Source: an uncultured archaeon (GTDB lineage Archaea > Altiarchaeota > Altiarchaeia > IMC4 > SCGC-AAA252-I15). From it: a DNA stretch of 17,625 nt. Of the stretch, positions 7,709-15,397 are shown in pieces. The position numbers and the translations under genes are program-made. Location: the NCBI GenBank assembly GCA_902384455.1, contig CABMCB010000005.1:1-17625 (forward strand). The letters are read 5' to 3'. The notes under the pieces were generated by a model, which did no database searches, had not been told where the DNA came from, and saw only the letters and a program-made list of their open reading frames with translations. Position 1 is the stretch's first letter; each line of letters begins with the position of its first letter.

Positions 7709-9109
7709 ATTAACCGGCTCGTTTCTCGGGTTAGGCGGCTTCTGCCCGCTAAGTATTGCGATGAGATTGTCTAAGGCCACTCCAGTCATGGCTTCAAGGC
7801 GGATTTCAGGCGTGTTGGATGCAGTGTGCGGAGTCTGAAGGAAAACAACACCCCCCTGTTTGGCGGCCTCATAATAGTCGCTGGGCCGCACCCACTCGTC
7901 GTTGTCTACGTCAGTTGAGTAGTGTACTCGGCCTTCGCGTAGGGCCTTTAACATTGCGTCTCTATCCACTAGGGGTCCTCTTCCGACGTTTATGTCGACT
8001 TGTCCTTCTTTTGCTGCTGCTAGCGAGGATTCTCCGACTATTCCCCGTGTTTTTTCATTCAGGTCTACTGCGATTATCACGTAATCGCATTCCCTAAACA
8101 AAGTTTCTTGGTCGACTTGCCTTGGTCTTTGAGGGTCTGGGATGGTGTCGTCTTTGAGGACTATGCGTTTCATCGCGGTGCTTCCCTTCATTATCCCGTG
8201 TAGGACGTCGATTTTAGCGCTTGCATCAGCGAGGTCCGTCACAAGAAGTTCGCCGCCTCCGGTTTTGTCCGGGATGAAAGGCGCAAGCTTTGCCGCAGCA
8301 TAAGCCCCAACCTGTCCTAGGCCCAGGAATCCGACCTTACTCCCTGCAAGAAGTTTGTGGCGTCCGAACTCCATTGAACACCCAGTCTGCCTGCCGTAAA
8401 AAACGTCATCAAACCCTTCAGCAAGATTAATCACCATGTTAAGAGTGTGGGCGGCGGCCATCTCCGAAACGGGTTCCATGAGCGCGCCTGGGGCGTTGGT
8501 GCACCAGATTCCTGCTTCTGCGGCTGCTGCTTTGTCTTTCATGTCGTCGCCTGTTCCGCATGAGACGAATCCTCTGACTCCTTTTCTGGCTCCGGCGGCG
8601 ACGGTTTCTCCATCGACTTTCTCCAGGAAGTTTAGTACCACGTCTATTTGCCCTTCGTGGTCTCTTATGACTTTAGCAAGCTGGCGTTCGTTGAGCGGGG
8701 TAGCGTGAGTGTACATGACTACGTCGCAGTGCTCCTCAAGCCACCTGTATTTTTCCTTCACGGCGGGGTCTCTTATTATGTCTGATGGAGGCAGTTCGTA
8801 AGTTGAAAATACGGTCCCTAGTTTCTGTCCCGTTGCGTTGCGGCGCACAATGTAGTTGCCTAATTCTTCGTCCGGGACAATCTCCTGCCCCACAGGCCTG
8901 CTCATAGCTTGCTTTAGTACTTCAGAGGCGAGGTCCGGGCGTTTAAGGGCGCTTCTCATGAATACCTGCGCGTTTGGGTCGCGCATTGCGCTCTCAAAAA
9001 TTATCCTAAGATTCTGCTGTTCCTGCGTCTGCGCCGGCATAAACTGAGGCGGCTGCCCTGAACTTTGGCTACCATCGTCTCTTCCTTGATTTCCTTCCGC
9101 TAGTACCAT
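7697..9109 (-). CDS. D-isomer-specific 2-hydroxyacid dehydrogenase (glyoxylate-reductase-like) with N-terminal extension
   Basis: GIWCTNAPG, GFLGLGQVG (GxGxxG), INVGRG (Arg), TDVDNDE (Glu), TPHTAS (His), KPPN tail. Start placed at ATG 9109 because a GGTGA Shine-Dalgarno precedes it; the alternative ATG is 9127. Confidence 0.82.
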   Translation of the reverse strand: MVLAEGNQGRDDGSQSSGQPPQFMPAQTQEQQNLRIIFESAMRDPNAQVFMRSALKRPDLASEVLKQAMSRPVGQEIVPDEELGNYIVRRNATGQKLGTVFSTYELPPSDIIRDPAVKEKYRWLEEHCDVVMYTHATPLNERQLAKVIRDHEGQIDVVLNFLEKVDGETVAAGARKGVRGFVSCGTGDDMKDKAAAAEAGIWCTNAPGALMEPVSEMAAAHTLNMVINLAEGFDDVFYGRQTGCSMEFGRHKLLAGSKVGFLGLGQVGAYAAAKLAPFIPDKTGGGELLVTDLADASAKIDVLHGIMKGSTAMKRIVLKDDTIPDPQRPRQVDQETLFRECDYVIIAVDLNEKTRGIVGESSLAAAKEGQVDINVGRGPLVDRDAMLKALREGRVHYSTDVDNDEWVRPSDYYEAAKQGGVVFLQTPHTASNTPEIRLEAMTGVALDNLIAILSGQKPPNPRNEPVNLAA

Positions 9110-9158
9110 AAAATCACCGTGATGCATACTATACGGAAATCAAAAGAAATAAATCTGT

Positions 9159-10298
9159 TCAGTCGCTAAAGTACTCCACTTCCTCTTCGTCTAACTTGTA
9201 TATTTCAGCCACCTCTTCAACGGAAATTTTCTTGTTCTTGATGAGCGTCTTATACAAGGGAATATACTCCTTCTCAACCTCCCTGCCTGAAGCGTGAAGC
9301 AGACCGCCCATCTTGCCTGCTATACCCCTCCTAAGATTGCGCTCCCCTCGGCTACGGCTCAACTCAATAAGCACGCTTGGAAACTGGTAGCGCGCGAACT
9401 TCGTCTTGCCCTTATGCGCGACGACACCAGCAGTCATCAACTCATTAGCGTACCTCAAAAAACCCCAATACTGCCGCCGCTTAATCCTGCCTAAAAAAAC
9501 ATCCGCCCGCGAAAGCTCACGATACACCGCCGGAAAACGCTCAGGCTCAGCCAAAACATTAGGCACATTCTCATCAATCCACAAAAGAACATGGTCCGGC
9601 TGCTCAGCAACATCATAAGTAGCCTCAACCGCCCCCTTCAAAGACGTAGCGCCAAAAACACCCGACAAAGCAAAATACAAATCCTTCTCCCGATCACGCC
9701 CCCCAACACCCAAAACATCCCCAACCCTAACATGATCCCTACCAACCGCAACATTCTCCAAATCATTCACAGCAGCCCGAACATCACCACCCACCGCCTC
9801 AGAAATAGCCTTAACCGCATCAGCATCCACAACCAAACCCTCCTTACGAGCCACAGCAACAACATGATGCGCAACAGACGCCGAAGGAGGCCTACGCAGC
9901 TCGACCGCGACACAAAGTTTCTTAACCGAAGTCAGCCTCTTGCTTTTGGGGTCGTCCGTGGTTAATATTACCGGGTTTCTGGTTTTAGCAAGGGCCTCCG
10001 CAAGCTTCTTCAGGTTTCCGAGGCCGTCCACCTGGTCCACAAGTATGAGACGTCTGCCGCCAAACAGCGAAGCAGCCTGAACCAACACGTCCCATTGCTC
10101 TTCGTTTTCGTCCGTGAGGCGGACAAGCTCCATGTCCTTCTCATGCGCGGTCACTTCGGCCAAAAGCGTTTTTCCTGTTCCTGTGGGGCCTGATATCAGA
10201 AGCGGCTTCTTTCCGTCCCACTCTGAAAGGTCCTTAGCCGCCTTAATGTGCCCAACGACGTCTGCATATCGCCGGGGCTTATGTTTTTCAGTCCACAT
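9159..10298 (-). CDS. rfcL: Replication factor C large subunit (compact, divergent)
   Basis: MWTEKHKP start, Walker A GPTGTGKT, Walker B region LVDQVD, GGDVRAAVNDLE, WIDENVP, LSRADVFLGRIKRRQYWGFLRYA. Confidence 0.92.
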   Translation of the reverse strand: MWTEKHKPRRYADVVGHIKAAKDLSEWDGKKPLLISGPTGTGKTLLAEVTAHEKDMELVRLTDENEEQWDVLVQAASLFGGRRLILVDQVDGLGNLKKLAEALAKTRNPVILTTDDPKSKRLTSVKKLCVAVELRRPPSASVAHHVVAVARKEGLVVDADAVKAISEAVGGDVRAAVNDLENVAVGRDHVRVGDVLGVGGRDREKDLYFALSGVFGATSLKGAVEATYDVAEQPDHVLLWIDENVPNVLAEPERFPAVYRELSRADVFLGRIKRRQYWGFLRYANELMTAGVVAHKGKTKFARYQFPSVLIELSRSRGERNLRRGIAGKMGGLLHASGREVEKEYIPLYKTLIKNKKISVEEVAEIYKLDEEEVEYFSD

Positions 10299-10342
10299 GA
10301 GCGCAACAACAACTTATTTAATGCCCCCTCTATTTATTACCG
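10299..10342. promoter_or_regulatory. 44-bp divergent promoter region rfcL / membrane protein
   Basis: AT-rich boxes TTATTTAAT (10314-10322) and TATTTATTA (10331-10339) lie between head-to-head start codons. Confidence 0.45.
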
Positions 10343-11278
10343 ATGGCCTACGAGGTTTTGCTTGCCGGCGTGGACGTTACGCCGCAATTTGAGATAGCTA
10401 AAAACGCGCTTTTGAATTACATCGTTATCGCGCTGTCGTTTCTGATACTGTTCCTTTTCGGTTATTTCATCGGCGCAGTAATAGCAAGCGTCCTAAAGCG
10501 CGTGCTCACAGTGTCGGACCTTGAGAAGTCGCTTGTCCAATACGGGGCGGTAACAAGCAAGACGTGGGGCTCAATAATCCAGTTCGTAGCCACATACGTC
10601 AAATGGTACTTGACAGTCGGAGTACTCACAATACTAAACATCCAAGTCCTACTGTGGGTATTCCAGTTCCTAAGCAGCCTATTCTGGTTCATAATGCTGT
10701 CGATACTGGGCATACTCGCAGGCGGAGTATTCTACAAGCTGGTGAGAGAATTCCTAATCGACATCGGCCTGGAGGAACACCTCAAAAAACACAACCTAGC
10801 AGGAGCATTCGGAGGAATGTCTCTCCTCGGAATACTCGCAAGCATAGCCAAATGGTACATAACCCTCATATTCGTCTCCACCGGCATAGAACAACTGCTG
10901 CCTGGCCGCCCCGGAGAAGTGCCTCCAGCATTAGTCCTCTTCGTCAGGCAGCTGATGAACTACGTGCCCCACGCAATACTGGGAACACTCGTGCTTCTTG
11001 CCGCGATGCTTCTGGCCAGATTCTCAGCGGAAAACATCCGCCGCCGAAACATGGAAGCAGGCGGCATAATAGCAGGATGCACAGAAATAATGATAATGTT
11101 CTTCGGCATAGTGCTCGCACTACCCAAATACGGGGTGGAAGACGTCTCAGTGCTAACCGACTCATTCAAACTGCTCACCCTCGGAATAAGCCTGGGGCTA
11201 GGCCTAGCGTTGGGTCTTGGACTCAAGGATGCCGTAGCGATAGTGAGCAAAAACCACGTCGCCAAGAAAACAAAGTAA
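10343..11278 (+). CDS. TM_helix-repeat (CmpX/MscS-associated) multi-pass membrane protein without the MscS cytoplasmic domain
   Basis: Internal repeats (...IASVLKRVL..DLEKSL...VKWYL vs ...FYKLVREFL..GLEEHL...AKWYI) and an MscS-TM3-like ending LGLALGLGLKD. Confidence 0.72.
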   Translation: MAYEVLLAGVDVTPQFEIAKNALLNYIVIALSFLILFLFGYFIGAVIASVLKRVLTVSDLEKSLVQYGAVTSKTWGSIIQFVATYVKWYLTVGVLTILNIQVLLWVFQFLSSLFWFIMLSILGILAGGVFYKLVREFLIDIGLEEHLKKHNLAGAFGGMSLLGILASIAKWYITLIFVSTGIEQLLPGRPGEVPPALVLFVRQLMNYVPHAILGTLVLLAAMLLARFSAENIRRRNMEAGGIIAGCTEIMIMFFGIVLALPKYGVEDVSVLTDSFKLLTLGISLGLGLALGLGLKDAVAIVSKNHVAKKTK

Positions 11279-11342
11279 TAGGGCCGGCTAACTTAAACAT
11301 CCCCTCTTAAAACCAGTCCTTGAAAATAACATAGTAGAGACG

Positions 11343-11894
11343 ATGAAACTCTCGCTCCCAAACTACTGGACCCTCTTCGAAGTCGCCGTCTTAGCAGTCA
11401 TCATAATCACGGCAATACACACACTGCCAGGAATCCTCCCTCAAACAATCACCTTCGGTATAGCCCTATTCCTTCTTGTCGGCCTCGCAGCAGGCGCGAC
11501 GTTCGCGTACATGCTCCACCACCAATACACAACAGAAACGCTAATACAGCTCCACCCCAACGAACACATAATACTGGAGAAAGGCGACGACATAAACGGC
11601 GTATACGTGATGCCAAGAGGGCCGGACGGCAAACCCCACAGCAGATTCCCAGCAACACGCGCCAAAATATACCTGACTAACCTGGGCATCATCACAGAAC
11701 AACCAGGAAGCGGAATAATAACGTTCTTCATACCCCTGTTCGCAATACGCCACATAGGCCACGAAGGAAACTACCTGATAATACAGTCCTTCGACGCAGA
11801 CGACGAATTCATACAGCTCGACCTCCTCACAGGCCCAGACACAGAAATCTGGTTCCAGAACGTGATGAAAGCGGTAGCCCAAACAACCGCCTGA
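11343..11894 (+). CDS. Hypothetical membrane protein: 2 N-terminal TM helices plus a possible PH/GRAM-like domain
   Basis: Two hydrophobic helices, then LHPNEHIILE, KIYLTNLGII, IPLFAI and a C-terminal WFQNV helix, a pattern typical of prokaryotic PH-like folds (inference). Confidence 0.68.
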   Translation: MKLSLPNYWTLFEVAVLAVIIITAIHTLPGILPQTITFGIALFLLVGLAAGATFAYMLHHQYTTETLIQLHPNEHIILEKGDDINGVYVMPRGPDGKPHSRFPATRAKIYLTNLGIITEQPGSGIITFFIPLFAIRHIGHEGNYLIIQSFDADDEFIQLDLLTGPDTEIWFQNVMKAVAQTTA

Positions 11895-11931
11895 GCTTTT
11901 ATTGCGAGAAACGAAAGTCCTATATTTCTCG

Positions 11932-13356
11932 ATGAAACAACAGCAGACACAACAAAGGAAAGACGACTTCTTCAACGACCTCACAGAATTCTCAAAAAAA
12001 ATACTGGCGGAAAAAGAAGTCCTCGTAATAGGCCACCACGACTGCGACGGCATCACCGCGACAGCCATAGCAGTAGACTTCCTTAGGTGGGGGAACGTCA
12101 AAGCAGACTTCATGAGCATAAAGCAACTCGACAACCACGCAATGCAAAAAATAAGCCACCTAACCAACAGCACACTACTATTCGTCGACCTCGGAAGCGG
12201 CCAACTACCCGCGCTCGAAGAGGCCGGATTCACAAACTTCTACGTCATAGACCACCATCCGCCAGAACGCCCCGACGACCCACGCCAAATCAACCCCCAC
12301 CCCTACGGATTCGACGGCGGATTCGAAGTCTCAGGCGCAGGAATGGTGTACCTGGTAGCCCGCCAGGCAGGCCGCCGTGAAATGGCGCACGCCGCAGTAG
12401 TGGGGGCGGTAGGAGACATGCAGGACTCCGGCGGAAAACTCCACAGCCTAAACCGCCTGATACTCGACGACGCAATAGAACAAGGAACCATAGCAGTCAA
12501 ACACGACCTACGGCTGTTCGGAAGGCAAAGCCGCTCACTGCCACAGATGCTCGCATACAGCAACGACCCCTTCCTACCCCACCTAACCGGAAACCCATCC
12601 GCATGCGAAGCATTCCTAAAAGAAATCGGCGTGAACACACGCCAGAACGGAACCACAAAATCCTACGTCGACCTCACACACCAAGAAAAAGAACACCTCA
12701 CAACCCAACTATACATAAACCTGCTCGACGCAGGCACACCAGAATTCCTAATACAAAGAATGGTCGGAGAAGTATACACACTACTCAAAGAACCCCTCCA
12801 CTCAGAACTACGCGACGCACAAGAATACAGCACAGTACTAAACGCATGCGGCCGCCACGAAAACGCGGAAACAGGCGTCGCAGTGGTATTGGGCGACAGG
12901 CAAAGCAAATGGGCGGAAGCAAAAAACATGCTGAACTACCACCGCGAAATGCTAAAACAAGGCATAGACTTCGTAACCCAAAACGGAGCGGAAACACACC
13001 CACACCTCTACTTCTTCAACGGAACAGGCAAAATCTCGGAAAACATAATCGGCATAGTCGCAGGCATGGCATACGGAGCACGCGTAATCAAAACAGACAA
13101 ACCAGTGCTAGCACTAGCCGAAGACAAAGACGACCTAAACTCATACAAAATAAGCGCCAGAGCCACATGGGACCTAGTACACCGCGGAATACACCTCGGA
13201 GACGCAATGAGAAACTGCTCCCGCCAACTCGGAGGCGAAGGAGGCGGCCACGACATAGCAGCTGGAGCCCGAGTACCCAAAGAGCAACTTCAAAAGTTCA
13301 TAGAACTAGTGGACGACACATTCAAGCAGCAACGTGAAAACAAAAACCAAGCATAA
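11932..13356 (+). CDS. recJ: RecJ-like DHH/DHHA1 phosphoesterase (GAN / Cdc45-RecJ family)
   Basis: HHDCDG, FVDLGSG, IDHH, GAVGDMQ, central insertion RLFGRQSR...DPFLPHLTG, LNACGR, ISAR, GGGHDIAAGA. ATG 11932 preferred over TTG 11902. Confidence 0.92.
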   Translation: MKQQQTQQRKDDFFNDLTEFSKKILAEKEVLVIGHHDCDGITATAIAVDFLRWGNVKADFMSIKQLDNHAMQKISHLTNSTLLFVDLGSGQLPALEEAGFTNFYVIDHHPPERPDDPRQINPHPYGFDGGFEVSGAGMVYLVARQAGRREMAHAAVVGAVGDMQDSGGKLHSLNRLILDDAIEQGTIAVKHDLRLFGRQSRSLPQMLAYSNDPFLPHLTGNPSACEAFLKEIGVNTRQNGTTKSYVDLTHQEKEHLTTQLYINLLDAGTPEFLIQRMVGEVYTLLKEPLHSELRDAQEYSTVLNACGRHENAETGVAVVLGDRQSKWAEAKNMLNYHREMLKQGIDFVTQNGAETHPHLYFFNGTGKISENIIGIVAGMAYGARVIKTDKPVLALAEDKDDLNSYKISARATWDLVHRGIHLGDAMRNCSRQLGGEGGGHDIAAGARVPKEQLQKFIELVDDTFKQQRENKNQA

Positions 13357-13402
13357 AACCCTCCGACAATATTTTTCCGTCCGCCCACCATTAATCCCTA
13401 CA

Positions 13403-14317
13403 ATGAAGATTCTAAACGCCGCCCTCCTGCTCGTCCTCATAGCGTCCTCAGTCAACGCGGTAGACATATCCATATTCGACGACCTGACAAGCAACGCGCT
13501 ACTTACGGAAAACATCACTCTCACATTCACCCCGGCGGAAAATACATACTCCTTCCACATACCAGACGGCGTCCAAGACGTATCCGCATACGGCGGCAGC
13601 ATAACAAACAACACATTCACACCAGACAACAAAACATGCGGATCACCCTGCATAGCAACAATCTCCTACACGCAAACCGACGCCCTAGAAAGCATACCAA
13701 ACAACAGAAAACGAGTAAACCGAATATACCTGTTTCCCGCAGAAGTAAGAAACTTCACTGTAACAATAGCACTACCACCCGAATACGTCCTGGACGCACC
13801 ATCAAGATCATACGCCATAGTCCCCCCCGCATCAACCCTCTCAACAGACGGCACCAGAACCTACATCACATGGACAAGCCAAAACCCACAACTGCCCCGC
13901 GCATACATACTACTACTATCCAAAATCAATAACCACGACGAAGACGGCCTTCAAAGCCTAACGTCAGAACTACTCGAATGGCAAACATACGCAGTAAGCG
14001 CAGTATTCGCCTGCTTCGGCTTCATCGCAGGACTCCTATACAACAAACGCAAGAAAAAAGAAGAAGGCACAACAATAGAATCAATACCCGACTCAGTGCT
14101 CACCCCCGACGAAAAAACAATAGTAACGACATTAGAAGAAAGCGGCCGCATAAACCAGAAGGAGATAGCGCGTAAGACGGGTTACTCTAAGGCTAAGGTT
14201 TCGGCTGTTGTGGCTAATCTTGAGGGCAAGAGGGTGGTTGAGCGGGAGCGTGCCGGGCGGTCTTACATCGTGCAGATGGCTAAGAAAGTAGTTAAAGAAC
14301 GGCGTAAACAGCATTAA
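13403..14317 (+). CDS. Membrane-anchored winged-HTH protein (signal peptide, extracellular beta domain, TM helix, cytoplasmic wHTH; COG2512-like)
   Basis: Signal peptide MKILNAALLLVLIASSVNA, beta-rich ectodomain with N-x-S/T sequons and a CGSPC pair, TM YAVSAVFACFGFIAGLLY followed by NKRKKK, then wHTH LTPDEKTIV...INQKEIARKTGYSKAKVSAVVANLEGKRVVERERAGR. Confidence 0.85.
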   Translation: MKILNAALLLVLIASSVNAVDISIFDDLTSNALLTENITLTFTPAENTYSFHIPDGVQDVSAYGGSITNNTFTPDNKTCGSPCIATISYTQTDALESIPNNRKRVNRIYLFPAEVRNFTVTIALPPEYVLDAPSRSYAIVPPASTLSTDGTRTYITWTSQNPQLPRAYILLLSKINNHDEDGLQSLTSELLEWQTYAVSAVFACFGFIAGLLYNKRKKKEEGTTIESIPDSVLTPDEKTIVTTLEESGRINQKEIARKTGYSKAKVSAVVANLEGKRVVERERAGRSYIVQMAKKVVKERRKQH

Positions 14318-14357
14318 TTCAGCCTTTAAATGTGTTTTTTCTATTTAAACGCAATTC

Positions 14358-14494
14358 TGAACCGTCGTGAACCTTAATAACCTGTTTTGTTATCAAAAAG
14401 GCCTTCTTTCAGTTGTAAGTTGGAATGGTTTGTGTAAAGAATTAAATACTCCCCTTCACGCATTCAAATTCCAGTTCGCTTCAATTCAAGCGAA
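14358..14494 (+). promoter_or_regulatory. Promoter with candidate operator sites upstream of the secreted-protein/apbE operon
   Basis: TGAACC direct repeats at 14358 and 14368 (TAACC at 14378). TATA-like ATTAAATA at 14441-14448 with a purine-rich BRE-like sequence before it. Perfect inverted repeat TTCGCTT-N6-AAGCGAA at 14475-14494. Confidence 0.5.
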
Positions 14495-14505
14495 TCCAAT
14501 AAAAA

Positions 14506-15216
14506 ATGACAAACAAAAAAAGGATTGGAAAATTACTCATACTCCTAATGATTTTCGGGCTGGCGTTGTCTCAGATAGCTGCCGCAGAAGGAGATGATTA
14601 CACCGAAAGAGAACAAGCGAACGAAAACAGCTTGCTAATAGAACCGAATTCAACCGATCAATCGCAAGACGGTTATACGCATAATGCGACAGAACAAAGA
14701 GTCAATGAGCATGAAACGGAAGAAGAGGACGACTACACATACGTCAAACCCAACCCATCGCAGGACCCTAACGCAGACGACGACCACGACGGAGTATCAA
14801 ACAGATACGACCTCTACCCCGGCTACGACGACGGCCACTTCACAGGTGTGGACGACGATGACACAGATTACTCAAACAGAACCATCATAGAAAATTCCAG
14901 TAAACAAAGAGAAAACAATTCCTCCGGCAAAAACGAAACATCCGACGCAGAAGACATAAAAGAAGGCACTCATCCGGCAGAAAACCGAACAGCGGAAAAA
15001 AACACACCTCCCCTAGAAAGCCAAACAACAGAAGATCAAATCCCGTTGACAGAAAATCCAGTAAGCAAAGAAGAAACAACAACCCCCTCAGTCATAAACC
15101 CCACAGACACACAGAACACGACGGCATCCCAGACTGAAGCAAACGCAGACGGAAACACAAACACCCCCGCCCCAGCAACAAATGATAACACCCCCACCAC
15201 CAGCCAGCAACAATAG
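14506..15216 (+). CDS. Secreted acidic low-complexity protein with a TSP3-like Ca-binding motif; the frame continues past TAG 15214-15216 to 15393
   Basis: Signal peptide MTNKKRIGKLLILLMIFGLALSQIAAA, motif DPNADDDHDGVSNRYDLYP, D/E/T/N-rich sequence, nine N-x-S/T sequons. Confidence 0.8.
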   Translation: MTNKKRIGKLLILLMIFGLALSQIAAAEGDDYTEREQANENSLLIEPNSTDQSQDGYTHNATEQRVNEHETEEEDDYTYVKPNPSQDPNADDDHDGVSNRYDLYPGYDDGHFTGVDDDDTDYSNRTIIENSSKQRENNSSGKNETSDAEDIKEGTHPAENRTAEKNTPPLESQTTEDQIPLTENPVSKEETTTPSVINPTDTQNTTASQTEANADGNTNTPAPATNDNTPTTSQQQ

Positions 15217-15393
15217 CCAGACCAAACGCCTCAAAAAGAACATAAGACCCAAACAACCATTTCAACGCCAAACGACGCACAACCAGAAACAACCCCCCCC
15301 CCAAATAACCATCAAACCTCCGCCCTAAACACACTGCTACGCTACTTAGGCCAAATGCTAGAACTATTCGGATTCAAAACCAACCCTGCATAG
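15217..15393 (+). pseudogene. In-frame C-terminal continuation of the secreted protein beyond an amber codon
   Basis: 58 sense codons (PDQTPQKEHKTQTTISTPNDAQPETTPPPNNHQTSALNTLLRYLGQMLELFGFKTNPA) end at TAG 15391-15393, 4 nt before the apbE ATG. Confidence 0.7.
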
Positions 15394-15397
15394 GAAA

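Noticed and set aside
10564-13337. Long alternative-frame ORFs (10564..11310, 11541..12233, 12603..13337) as overlapping genes
   Set aside because: The + strand ones are R/T/P/H/N-rich products expected when a T-poor A/C block suppresses stop codons, and 11541..12233 is an antisense shadow. All overlap well-supported genes.
14506-15393. Genome-wide TAG reassignment
   Set aside because: No other gene in the window contains an internal TAG, and TAG 15391-15393 sits where a true stop is expected.
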